From Mayamaea pseudoterrestris (lineage: Eukaryota): a stretch of 64,000 bases of DNA. Below the pieces are notes generated by a model. It was given only the letters and a program-made list of their open reading frames with translations. It had not been told where the DNA came from and ran no database searches. The translations under genes were made by a program, and so were the position numbers. Location: positions 2,790,001-2,854,000 of the forward strand of contig BROI01000001.1 in NCBI GenBank assembly GCA_027923505.1, given 5' to 3'. This document shows, one piece after another, positions 43,796 through 56,100 of the stretch; position 1 is the first letter of the stretch, and each line of letters opens with the position of its first letter.

Positions 43796-44832
43796 ATGAA
43801 GCTTCTTCGCCTCGCCTCTATTAAAACAATCTGCCATTGCAATCCAGGCACTCATCGGATATTTGCATCTGCCCTACACTCGTTATCTACAATGGCATCG
43901 ACCGAAGATTATGAACCACCCACGGTTTGGATGTACGAGTCATCGGAGGGAAGTGCTTTCACCTTGAACCGCCCGACAGCGGGCTCGCGCTTTGAGAAGG
44001 CCCTTCCAGTTGGAAAGCATCCCATCCAGCTTTATTCTCTGGCGACTCCTAATGGTCAGAAGGTTACTAACATGCTAGAGGAACTCATCGAAGCTGGTTG
44101 CGATGTCGAATATGACGCATGGAGAATTGACATTAGCAAGGGAGATCAGTTTGGCAGCGACTTTGTCTCGATTAACCCCAATTCCAAGATTCCTGCCATG
44201 CGGGTGTATGAGCCGGGACAAGTACCTTTGAATCTATTTGAAAGCGGATCTATTCTTTTGTATTTGGCTGAGAAGTATAAGGTCTTTTTGCCCGAGGATC
44301 TTCACAAGCGCACCGCGACAATGAACTGGCTTTTTTGGCAGGTCGGATCAGGTCCATACATTGGTGGAGGATTTGGTCACTTCTTCGCTTACGCCAATAT
44401 CAAGCAGAAGTATCCCATTGATCGATTTACCATGGAAACAAAGCGCCAGCTGCATGTTTTGGAGTTACACTTGTCTGAAAATAGGTTCATGGTTGGTGAT
44501 GAATACACTATTGCGGGTACGTGCGAGTAACTAGTCACAGATACCTATTCCGCGGTGTGTTCCTTACCGTTTCGTAACGTGCTGACAACATTACAGACAT
44601 GGCTATTTTCCCTTGGTACGGCGGTGTTGTTCTCGGGAAGCTATACCCTCGCGCAGCTGAATTTTTGAACGTGAAGGCCGAGTATCCAAATGTTATTCGC
44701 TGGGCAGAAGAAATTCTTTCGCGTCCGGCCGTCAAGAGAGGAATGATCGTTAACAAGAGCGGGGGTGAAGAATTTACTCTTCTGGAGCGCCATGAAAGAA
44801 GCGATTTTGACAACTTTCCGACTGCTGCGTAA
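43796..44832 (+). CDS. YghU-type GST, duplicate
   Basis: Copy of 31264-32300. Confidence 0.93.
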
Positions 44833-45000
44833 CTAGGAGTACGCGTGTTTCTAGCCAGGAGAAGGACGAGTTACTATATTGTAAATACATACACGCCGAT
44901 GCAACACATAATTTACACGATAACTTGCTTTTGCATGCTAATTATCTATACGTTACGATTTTACGGCTGCCTCAAAGAAGGCGACGACAGATAAAAGCAT

Positions 45001-45430
45001 TTACATCAATTCCTTGTATCGACGATCACCAGTTTTGAGGAATTCGCTCCTACACCACATGTATATACCGAAGGGCACCAGACCCAAGTAAATAATCAAG
45101 ATAGGGGCACCATCAGAATTGACCGAAAATGTTTTCTCGGTAATTTCGCGCTTGCCGTTCCATTCTTCCATAAATTTGTTTTTATTGGCTGCCATAGATG
45201 GTGGATAGCCGCCTGCTTTGCGTCTAAAGGTGAGACAATGCAACCATGAGATAAAAGTATGCAGTCATTGACAAGCGATGGAATGTTTTAGGTATATGCA
45301 TGGTTGGAAGGTGGAAGTCGGAAGCTAACAACCAACGGCATACGATTGCACCTTAGAAGCAAATCATCACATACCTTTGAAGGTGCATCAAAGACACACC
45401 GCTACGCTTCATGGCACTTAAAGAAAGCAT
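45001..45430 (-). CDS. Complex I B15/NDUFB4-like, duplicate
   Basis: Copy of 32469-32898. Confidence 0.65.
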
Positions 45431-45679
45431 GGTCCCGTATGTCAATCACAAAGAAGGAAAGGCTACTCGCTTGATATCGCTGCGTCGTCGCTCTCGCTGC
45501 AGCATGATGTGACGTTCCAGATGGTCGTCTCACTGGTTATGATCTGTACCGGTACGACGACCAAGCTATTGCCTTCTATACGTACGACTACGATAGGAAA
45601 GTGAAGCTAAACATTGGTCTCGAAAAAGAAAAACTGCATGCACAAGACACTGTGACAAGACGAGTTTTTAGATAAACAA

Positions 45680-46864
45680 TCATAGCGCGACAAGTCCATC
45701 GTTCGGGAGTAACGGCTTGGTAAGCAACTTCATTTCGACGCCAAACTCACCCTGGCCCTGCTGAGCAAGGTAGATATCATGGGCTTTGGTCGTCTTGCTG
45801 GCGATAGCCGGAATCGAGTCCGGTGGTGTAATTTGCGGAAGTGCAACCTTGTGACTTTCAAGGTCATCAGGAACGTCATCCTCCGGGACAAAAATGGGCC
45901 CATTTCTGATTCCGGCGCCTTTTGCATTCAAGTAGCCTTTCGAAGATGTGATACGTATTTCGCCCGCCTTTAAAGAGTTAGTATCCAAGTCCTTTTCCCA
46001 CTCGCAGTCTTCCCGCGCCGATTGTGAAGCATCTTCCAGTACCCAGTCCGCCAACTCTAGGTAACTAATGATCACAGTGAAGGAGAAACCGCAAATGCGT
46101 GAGTAACTATTTTCTTACTGACAAAAACTGTCACGAGTACAATCTGCATCGACTTACGCTCTCGCTTCGCTTGTGCCGAGATCGGGGTATTCCGCTAAAA
46201 ATGCGTGAAGCTTATATTCCTTGGCATCCGTGTCTTGCACTCGAATACAACCACTGCGTAACGCTTGTTTTGAGAGAGGTATTACTAGTTTCTTTGGAGC
46301 GAGCAAAAGTGAATTACCCGAAAAGCTGTTGGCTTGTCGAAGCCGCGTGACATTAACCTTGTAGGCCAAACAAATTCCTTGAAGCGTGTCTGTCGGAAGA
46401 ACGACATGCTCCACGTAGTCGACACCTAGGACACCCTTACCGCTCGGCCCTAAAGCATTGTCACATGAGTCAATAGTCGATGATGAAGTCGTTCGCTGTA
46501 TCTTACATGGAAGGGAGCATGGCGTACAGTCCGACGTAAGGTGTTGTTCCATACTGGCGAGCGATCGGACTGATCCAACCTTGGCTATCAAAGACGGAGC
46601 TGAGTTTTGCGACAACTGCTTCTCCGATAAAACCTCCCATTCTTCATTATTATCATGAATATCACTTGGGATGTTTTCGACGACCCGCATCGCGAGGACT
46701 TTTTGCTCGTCGACGGAACAATTGACGAGTCGCCATTCCCTCGTATCCTTCTGCTCCTTCCAGATCTTTCCAGTCGGCGGCTTGGGCAGGGGCTCACGCA
46801 GGTGACTGTAGTCCGCCGTCGGTCCTCGCCTGACTATTTTTTGCTGCTTCCAAGGAAAGTTCAT
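45680..46864 (-). CDS. LysM-domain protein, duplicate
   Basis: Copy of 33148-34332. Confidence 0.8.
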
Positions 46865-47339
46865 GGTTAATAGCGACAAGAGTGTGACTGCTTGTTTGTT
46901 CGCTGACTGCACCTGAACCTATTGTGTGCGAACTTCTTGGATGATGACACCCACCGAACGCACTCGTAATCCGAAGTCGGCCTCACGCAACCAACCGCAA
47001 TGTCGGCAACCCGTTGTCTATGTAGCAACGCCAGTTGACCGAGGCATCCTGGTTCTGCCCTCACTTGAAAAGACTCGACGCTTCTGCAGCGCTTCGAACA
47101 AATTTCGCAACGTGGCCGGCCGGCGTCCATTCACAGTATCGTACTCGTACGACTGACTTGAGTCCCAGTCCGACGCAGTTTGAATGAGCAGCGCGCCATC
47201 ATCGACGACGCTCAACCATCATCGGCGGCCAACTCCTCATTCGGTTTGACAGTATAGTGTAATAAGTATGTACCGGTCTTCATGAGTCTACAATCAATGG
47301 AATAGAGCATGATGAAAATCTGAAGCTTTATCAACCATA

Positions 47340-48824
47340 ATGATGCAACCAATTTCTCCCAAGTCTGAGCGAGAAATCATTATACGACGAACGTCCTCGA
47401 CCGTCGCGCCTCGTTCCGCTTCCTCTGCTCTCGAAGTTCTGGACATTGATGCAATCACATATGACAGCAAATGTCCTCCCATGAAGCTCCGATCACATCA
47501 ACTGGCAAGGCTCCGAAACAGGCTAAAATCGCTTTTTGGCTACCTTTGTGGACTTGTCGCCTTGGTGCTCTTTGTCAACTTGGTTGTCGGCACTAAAATC
47601 TCAGGGTACCTCGGCAACAGTCATATCCACTTAAAGAATGAAACAGAAACAGCAAGTACCAAAAATGGCCGTAAACGTATTACGAGAGCTCCTAGTAAGC
47701 CTCCAACTTTACCACCGACAAAGCTGCCGGATACAGGCAAAATGCGCAGCAGCCGCGGCAGCAACTTGACGAGTAATTCGCCACTTAATGATAATCCTTG
47801 GTTCGAGGACGATGCTTTAGACAGTCAAGCAACTAACGACAAGCCGCTTACCCCAATGGTTGCCAATGCATCCGCTATCTTTACTGAACGTTGGTGTGAC
47901 TTGCATGGTGTCGATTGGATGCCATCAAAGACAAATATTTGGCAGCGAAATGTTCCATACTTTATGATCCCTGGAGCCAAGTACAGCGGAACGTTGGAGC
48001 TTGCGCAGGAGCTTGTGATGCATCCTTCCATCGTACAGGGTCGGTCGCTAGAACCCGCGTTTTTCTTTCAGCACAATTTTCAACGCTACGTGTCGGCAAA
48101 CCACGACAAGACCAAGGTGCTGGCTGCACGTTCACGCATGTATGCTCGAGACTATCCACTGTCTGCTGCATTAAAGCAGCCGAAAAGCAAGCTAGTGTCT
48201 TTTGATGCCACGCCAGGATATCTATTTTACTCGAGCACACTTCCTCGACGAGTACTGTGCGTCATGCCTTGGGTGCGAATGGTTATTGTGCTTCGAAACC
48301 CCGTCGATCGTGTGTGGGAGCACTATCAAGGTGCCAAGACACGGGGCTTGACACTGACTCTAGAGGAGTGGGTGGATAAGGAATTTTTTCTCATGGAGCA
48401 GGTAGGATTGTTGAATGCTACATCCAAGGAGGAGAATTACGCGTGGCACGACTACCAGCGTGCCACTCTTGAAGGCGCGATTGGAAGGTCACTGTACGAT
48501 ATCCAGTTGCGACAATGGTTTCAAGCATTGCGCGCCATTGGCAGAAATCCGTCCAAAACCGTTTACGTTGTGCGGGCCGATGACCTAGCTCTGAATCCGC
48601 AGAAGGAATATTCTGCAATCCTAAAATTCTTACAGCTGACAGACGCTCCTTTAAGGAAGCCTGCTGCATGGAATCGATTCCTAAACAATCAAGCGGAGAG
48701 GGAAGGGATGGACGCAAACACTCGACGACGACTCGAAATGTTTTTTACGCCGTACAGCAAGCGGCTCAAGTCTGTGTTGCGACGATATCGCGTACGAACT
48801 GGAGGTAATCTAAAAAGATTCTAG
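47340..48824 (+). CDS. Sulfotransferase, duplicate (one synonymous change)
   Basis: Copy of 34808-36292; CAG>CAA at 47828. Confidence 0.88.
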   Translation: MMQPISPKSEREIIIRRTSSTVAPRSASSALEVLDIDAITYDSKCPPMKLRSHQLARLRNRLKSLFGYLCGLVALVLFVNLVVGTKISGYLGNSHIHLKNETETASTKNGRKRITRAPSKPPTLPPTKLPDTGKMRSSRGSNLTSNSPLNDNPWFEDDALDSQATNDKPLTPMVANASAIFTERWCDLHGVDWMPSKTNIWQRNVPYFMIPGAKYSGTLELAQELVMHPSIVQGRSLEPAFFFQHNFQRYVSANHDKTKVLAARSRMYARDYPLSAALKQPKSKLVSFDATPGYLFYSSTLPRRVLCVMPWVRMVIVLRNPVDRVWEHYQGAKTRGLTLTLEEWVDKEFFLMEQVGLLNATSKEENYAWHDYQRATLEGAIGRSLYDIQLRQWFQALRAIGRNPSKTVYVVRADDLALNPQKEYSAILKFLQLTDAPLRKPAAWNRFLNNQAEREGMDANTRRRLEMFFTPYSKRLKSVLRRYRVRTGGNLKRF

Positions 48825-49056
48825 ATATTTAATATTTAAAACATATGTCTATACTTTAGCCATATACTGTAGTACACTGAGACACTGAGATGTCATCCAT
48901 GCTACCGATTGCTATTAGTTGCAGTCGCACTGATGCTGCCGCTAGCTAAAGTCACAGTGGTACTCTATTCACATTCATGGGAGCAAAAATATTTAGCAGT
49001 CGCGAGCGAAACATCAAGCAAAACCAAGTTCCTGCATCACAAAGAAGTTCGAAACT

Positions 49057-49890
49057 ATGAGCAACGCTACTAGGCGTATTGATATGCAGCCGGTCCGACG
49101 TGGACCGAAGCCTGGAAGCAAACATGGAAGAGTTTTGACTCAAAAAGAGTGGCATTCACTCTGCGATCTTTATGTCAACTCTCATGACGATATGGCGCAA
49201 CGTGACTTTTTGATTTCTAATGTGTCGGGAGGTATTGTTAGTGGTACCAGTAGTGAATGTGTTTCTTTCAGTCGCCGGCTAAAGCTTTTTCGCAATGGTG
49301 ACTTGATTCCATCAGAAAGCAAACGAAATCGGCGACCCGAATTCACTGCGCTCGAAGCAAAAATAGTGGCATACATTAGGGAAAATCACCAGAACTTGGC
49401 TAAAGAAAGCGCGAATTTATGGCAGCATATATTGAGTGTAAGTGCCGATTGGGCACACGACTTTGATGAGCCAATCTATCGCGGGTTCAAGGCCAGCGCA
49501 GGATGGCTGCGCCGCGTTTTGAGGCGAAACAGTATTGATCTCAAGATTTCATCGGAACCCAGCAATGAGCCACCAAGTGCTTTTTTGACGCCTCGACATG
49601 CATCGCATCAGGTGAATAGTCAACAGCATCAGCTTGAATTAGCGCCGGCGTTAACAGAACGGACACCTTTGCAACAAGAGGATTTAGAATCGAGTCCAGT
49701 GTCCCTGCAGCAGCAACACGTGGAAATGTCGGACGCGCAGCAACAAATTATTGCTCTTCGTAAGTTTGCCATTGGCTTGGGGATCTCAGTTTCGGGTTTG
49801 GGACATCTTGTTCTGTTCGAAAACGAGTTGTACCAGGCGGACCCCACGACAACGCGACTTTGTTCAACGTCTACCAAGTCTATCTGGTAG
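49057..49890 (+). CDS. CENP-B/Tc5 HTH protein, duplicate
   Basis: Copy of 36525-37358. Confidence 0.7.
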   Translation: MSNATRRIDMQPVRRGPKPGSKHGRVLTQKEWHSLCDLYVNSHDDMAQRDFLISNVSGGIVSGTSSECVSFSRRLKLFRNGDLIPSESKRNRRPEFTALEAKIVAYIRENHQNLAKESANLWQHILSVSADWAHDFDEPIYRGFKASAGWLRRVLRRNSIDLKISSEPSNEPPSAFLTPRHASHQVNSQQHQLELAPALTERTPLQQEDLESSPVSLQQQHVEMSDAQQQIIALRKFAIGLGISVSGLGHLVLFENELYQADPTTTRLCSTSTKSIW

Positions 49891-50216
49891 CGGATAATTA
49901 CGCTATACTAGTGTCGTAGAGCATCACTCATGGAATGTGGAATGGTTGGTTTTCTATTACGGCCAAGCGTCTCACGTCGTAGTACGAGTAGCTATTTTGT
50001 AAGTACCTGTCCGACGTCTGTGGTATCTGTATACCTGGAATATAACGCCTCATGAGCTTTGCATCTTCAATGAGTACAGTCAAGCACAGTGAGAATTTAT
50101 CGCATGCCGGCCGTTGATGCTTGCTCCCTCCGACGTCGGCTGAGGTGCATCTGCGCGAAGCGCTCCTCACTTTTTGAAATTTCAGCGACGAAACAAACCT
50201 GTGACGACGGACGACG

Positions 50217-51840
50217 ATGAGGTTATATTGGCTTGTCCTGATATTTGGCATAGTCTCAGGCCATGGCGAATATCGTTCTCTAAAAGATACTGTCGAGTTA
50301 CAAACGATTCTGACGAATTCAACTGGACTGGGTGACGTCCTAGCTCCAATCGTCGGTAAGTCCGTGGACGCATCTGGGGAGCATGAATGACTGACACTGA
50401 CAGTGAAGGACAATTGCGGAGATTGCATCTTAGCGAGCGACATGATGGTCTCCTACATGATTAAAGGATCTCACACAGCTATTTATTAACCAGGTGGACA
50501 GCAAGCACCACAAGGTCGTTACCCATTTTTTGTTCAAGGAAATGGTTGTGGAGCTTCACTTGTTTGGGCGGATGTCGTTCTAACAGCTGCACACTGTCGG
50601 GGCCGCTTCGACGGTCAGGTTCTCGTTAGTGCTGAGCGCAAGAACTGGCCTCAGGGTGGAGCTGTATACAAGAAGACCCTCAGCTCCATGATGTTTCACC
50701 CAATGAATCAAGTTGGTACTTACAAATACGATTTTATGATGTTTAAGATCGAGCCTGTTGAGAATTACGAGTACAAGATTATGCAACTTAATGGCAGTCC
50801 AGCCTCGCCAACTGAAGGAGAAGTTCTGACCGTTATTGGCATGGGCTATACGCAAGAAGGAGGTCCATCGACTGAAATTCTTAATCAAGTCGATGTGATG
50901 GCATTCTCAACCAGTCAATGTCAAGCCTCCTACGGCAGCTCCATTATTCCTGAGGCTATGCTATGTGCTGGCTGGCCACAAGGCGGAAAAGACAGCTGCA
51001 ATGGTGATTCTGGTGCGCCACTATTCAACAGCCAGGGTCAACAAGTTGGTCTTACATCGTTTGGTTCAGGATGTGCGAGGGCCGGCAAGCCTGGTAAGTA
51101 TATATGCGTCCATTAGATCATTGCAATCTTTGAAGATGCTCAAGATGCTTTTTCTAACGAATGTTTCTTTCTCTTCAGGCGTGTATGCCCGAATCTCAGG
51201 AGCAAAAGACTGGATTGATCAAACGATATGCTCGTTGTCTTCTTATCCTCCAAGCTGGTGCTTCGCTCAACAAGCGCCGATCAGCACCCTTACTGTGAAT
51301 CAGCCAGTAGCTCCCCCAACTCAAAGACCAACGCCACCACCATCTCGATATCCAACGCTTCCACCCACACTACCGCCAGTTCCTGTCGCCACTCCAATAC
51401 CAACTCGGTATCCAACTCATCCGCCGATTCCTGTCCCAGTAGTTCCCATTCCAACGCCACAACCTACAGTCATGTTTCAACAGCAAGGCTTCGCTGCAAC
51501 CAACAATGATGAGGCCGCTACGACGTATCGTATCGTCGTGCAGTATGATCGCAAGCCAAACCAAGTGAAATGGCTGATTCGAGAGGGATCGAAAAAGATT
51601 AAGCAATCAAACTACAACAGCGGCGCACCCGAGTCGGGCGTTGTGACTGAGTCACTATTACTAAAATCGGGACACAGGTATAAGCTCATTGTGCGTGATC
51701 AAGGTGGAGATGGGTTTTGCTGTGACGAAGGCATGGGCAAAATTGAAGTGATTGCTACTGTCAACGGCGTTGACCAGCACTTAATCAATATGCTTGCCGA
51801 CATTGGATGGTACAAACGGATCACCTTTACGGCACCGTAG
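50217..51840 (+). CDS. Secreted trypsin-like serine protease, full length (exons 50217-50355, 50494-51093, 51179-51840), with Pro/Thr linker and C-terminal beta domain
   Basis: Catalytic triad motifs TAAHC / DFMM / GDSG, S1 Asp, PT-rich linker, and C-terminal DQGGDGFCCDEGMG module. Confidence 0.92.
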
Positions 51841-52029
51841 GGCGCGTGGAAAAGCGATGCTTGCTCAACATGCTTTGTCGAAACTTTCATAGAGCGCAGC
51901 GCAAACGCGCGCGCGCATAAATCATAGATAACCTTTTCAGGCGTATATTACTTGAATACCGTAGCTTTGTTGACCTTTAAACCATTGTTAGTGAGTAGTT
52001 TCGATAGTAATAAAGTGTGTAAGGCAAAG

Positions 52030-52686
52030 TCACGTTTCCGTCTTTTGTTCGGCGCGTTTGACAAAGTTGCGAATAGCCTCCAAGACAGTCTTGACCTGCC
52101 GACTCTTGGCCGTTCCAATTCTTGTTTCCAGGCTCGCAAGATATACTTTATATCGCTCCGTTCTTGCCATTCCTGGTCGAATAACACTGTCGGCATCCAA
52201 GTAAGCGTCGTCAGTGTCAAGTGGAGCCAAGACGACTTCACCGTTGTCTTGCAGAATCGTTTGCAGTATGTCTTCCTCGTCATTGTCAGCGTCGCCATTT
52301 GAGTTTGTCTTAAGCGATCCTGCTGCATCCAAAAGTTCTGAAAATACTTGCTGCATTTGCATTTTGCGATATGATATTGGTTGTCGAGTTGAGGTTGTTG
52401 ACGTGCCTAAAAATGTCGATCCTCCTGCACGCGCGGCTTGATAGTCGAATGGATTAAAGTTGTTCTGTCTGATCCAATTCACAGAGTCGTCATCATTGTC
52501 TTCTACTGACATGAGTAATGAACGAGATGAAACTGGAGTGGTTGTGCTGGTGGTTATGAAAGAATTGAGACGTTTCGAAATAGAACGATGGCGCAGTCTC
52601 GTCAAGCCAGAGGCAGTCGACTCAACGTGAAACGCAGACACGCTTCTGCCGAGCATCAATGCTGATAACCAAGCAATCCATGACAT
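52030..52686 (-). CDS. Hypothetical protein, probably plastid-targeted
   Basis: Signal peptide ending VSA-F followed by an S/T/R-rich transit-like region, then a helical C-terminal domain. Confidence 0.65.
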   Translation of the reverse strand: MSWIAWLSALMLGRSVSAFHVESTASGLTRLRHRSISKRLNSFITTSTTTPVSSRSLLMSVEDNDDDSVNWIRQNNFNPFDYQAARAGGSTFLGTSTTSTRQPISYRKMQMQQVFSELLDAAGSLKTNSNGDADNDEEDILQTILQDNGEVVLAPLDTDDAYLDADSVIRPGMARTERYKVYLASLETRIGTAKSRQVKTVLEAIRNFVKRAEQKTET

Positions 52687-53161
52687 TTCTTTCACGTTTC
52701 AGAGTCAGGATACACACTTGATGGTATAGCACGGACCGAGCGACGCAGACATGGAGGAAGGACTGTCGCTCGGTTATCATACGTCGTACGAGCAAACCAT
52801 TGATGAGCAGATCGGTACCGGTACGATGCGACTGTGGTCCTGAGTGTAAGCGTCATAACCGGAACGACGTCAGCACATTCGTGGTGTGAAGAATTTGGAC
52901 CAATTCTGATGGCGCCTTCGGCCTCACATCACAAGTTGACCATGGCAATGTAGCTATTGGCACTGACGCCCCACTGCCTTACTCGATTGTACAGTCTGTC
53001 TATTGAGTCGTCGAGGAGGCATTGAGACCTAACACTCACTTGATTGATATCCTCCATTGTCCACTCCTTGACGAACTTACAGACCCGAATCTACGTAGAA
53101 GGTAGAAGTCCAAGAGATTCATCACCCATCAGCAAAAATAGAATACATCAGTAGTTACTAG

Positions 53162-56100
53162 ATGGCGAGATCACGTCGTACTCGTTCCACCTCTGGTGGA
53201 TCTTATCGTGAAATGACGCACCAGATGGTCACGACAAGTCCCAATACATTAAAAATCACTGCCAATGCTGCAGCATCGGAAGAAACGCGGCCAGCGGCAT
53301 GTCGATTGCTTTCTGCTGCCTTGCATTGGAGGCATGCTGACTCTGGCAAGACAGTGATGCACAATATGCATTCTGATATTTCGCGCTTTACGGTAGCAGC
53401 GCTACTACTCGCTCGTCTAAGACAGCTACCTGCATCGGAAGACGCACTCAAAATGCAGTGGTTGACGGTGCGCGACGAGGAATCTGGCTACACACCACTG
53501 CATTCGGCAATTTACAATGGAGATCTTAAATCGATTTTACTCATTCTCCGACATGCAGCTGCTGCATCATCCAGGGAAGGAAATTTGATGATGGACGAAG
53601 ACGCGCTGATGCCTCCAAGATGTATGTTTCGGCCAATGGAAGCTTTGAGATTGTTTGAAAAAAACATAAAAAAGGCTAGCGACAAACCACAGCTATATAG
53701 TGTTCTTTCGGCGCCTGACAATGAAGGTTTTACGCCTGGTCAACTCTTGGCAGCATTGCAAGTAAACGACTTGAAGCAGTGCCGACTGCGTTGCGTTTAT
53801 CGTCCGACATTGCAGTTGTCATCTTCTCAACGAGCTCGCGAGTTGTCGTTTGCTGAGCAGAATGAGGTAGATGACGAAGACGCAGATGACGAGCAGAATG
53901 AGTTTAATGTGCTCGGCCGACATGTGCAACGACTGACGCAGGAGGAAGCGCCAACGAATGCTGCCACAAAGAATGACTCGCTCTACGCCTGCGATGTATT
54001 CACTTTTGGTCGAGCACACCCATGCGCCCTTGGTGTTGGTCAAGACACGGTGCCGGAGCAGGTTCGTCCTCAGCGTGTACAAGCCTTTGCGCAGTCGCGC
54101 CTTACGGATGGAGCAGTCCATGTTGCAGCCGCGGCGCATCATACGCTCGTTGTCACTAAGGCTGGTCAGTTGTATGCTTTTGGATTGGGCAAAAGTGGAA
54201 GGCTTGGGACTGGGTCAGAACGCAACTTTCCGTTGCCAACACGCGTCCTTGGAGCATTATCGAACAAAAATGTTGTGGCTGTCGCTGCAGCTGAGAACCA
54301 TTCCCTATGTGTGACAGATGATGGCCAAGTGTTTTCTTGGGGATCAAACGGCTTTGGCCAGCTAGGCGTTGCTAGCGGAGCGACGATGGTGATGAATGCG
54401 AGTGCGTTTGATGGCGGCAGATGGTTGCCAAGACGAATTGACGATTTGAAAGGTATTAGGTGCGTCGCTGTTGCCGCTGGTTTAAAGCATTCAATTGCTC
54501 TTTCAGATCAGGGTGAACTTTACGTCTGGGGTGATAATACAGCCGGGCAATTGGCGCTCAGTCGGCGTGGTGGAGTGCATAAAGTTCAGCGCGTTGAGGC
54601 TTTATGGAGTAATAAGTCGACACGTAAAAAGGTCTTGGCGATTGCCGCCTCTGATCAGACAAGTCTTGTATTGACGTTGCCGGCTGGCGCAGGCATTCCT
54701 GTGAACTCGATATACGCTTGGGGGCAAGGAAATCATATTCCTGCGAAAGTCAATTTTGACGCAGTTTCGCGAGGGATTCACCGGGGTCATCCAGTGAATC
54801 CTGTTGCTATCGCTTGTGCCAAATACCATAATGCGGCGATTAGTTCGGATGGCCTCGTTTACTCGTGGGGGTTGCATTCTGAGCCACTTGGGACAGCTAC
54901 ACGATCTGCGTCACCACAGCCTCAGCTTGTGACTGGAATGCTGCCTGAGAACGGCGGAGGAAAAGCTGTTGCGGTTGCTGCATCAGAGAATCATACCGCA
55001 ATCATTACGGCTACAGGTGCCCTATACACATGGGGTGCGACAAATGGAAGGGATGTGCTTGGCCACGCTGGGGTGCGATGGCAAGAAGAGCCAAAATGTG
55101 TCGCTGGTGTTCATCGCGCGGTTGGTGTTGCGGCCGCCAAGGAACACACGGTGATTCTCGTTGGCACTTGTTTTCCGCCACTGCCAGAGGATTGTGCGTC
55201 ATCGCTGGAGGCAATTGCCAGTCGAACGATAGCTGAGAACATTGATGCGTTCAATATTTTACCATCGCTCATCGTGGCAGAGCGAACTGCCTCAATGCCG
55301 TTAATTGAGTATTGCATGGAGTTTATTCGGCGCAACTTGGATGGAGTTTTGAACGTGGCGCAACGGTCAGTTCTTGATTGCTATGTGAATGAACAGCTTC
55401 AGGGCTGCTGCATTAGCGACAAGGAGGATAAAGATGACGCATTTCATCCTCTTCTTGGTGATATAGTGAAGTTGGCTGGCAAAGTATTGTCGAATGTCAA
55501 AGTTTGGGTCGATGGTTGCGAAACACTAATGCAGTCGAACGCTGTGCTATTGTTTGTAAATAAATACTCCCAGAGCCGCTTCGAGGAACGACTTTGCACC
55601 CGGCGAAGCAATTTAGGAGATGACATAGTGCGTGCCGATATTCCAACACCTATGTCGTCGCCAGGGGCAAGCCACCGCTACTCCAACCATTGCCTTTCGC
55701 TTATAAAGGATATGGACCTGTCAACGAAGGAGCGTACGGAAGCCAAGCAGTTGTGCATTGCCCGGGAAATTCGAGGAATTCGGAAAAGATTAAACCAGAT
55801 CGAGCAAATGAGATTTGAATCGGTGGAGTGCTTAACTATTGCTCAACGAGACAAGATCTCTCGACGTTCACAACTAAAAGCTGACTTGCTGAACTTTGAA
55901 GCGGCGTTGGGGTTGATTGAGACGAAGTTAATCGCATATACAAACACTGACTTAGGACCGAATAAAGACAACTTGAGTTTCGATCAGACTCAACCACGAG
56001 GGTTAGTCTCGGAAGAAAGAACCAGCGAGAGTCGACACTGGCAAACGTTTTATTGCGAAGTTTGCCAAGTGAAATGCCCAGATGAAGGAAGCTATGCGTC

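Larger units (their letters stand above)
38957..51488 (+). repeat. Tandem segmental duplication, copy 2 (12,532 bp)
   Basis: Directly follows copy 1. Only two substitutions were noticed (28326/40858 and 35296/47828). Confidence 0.98.
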
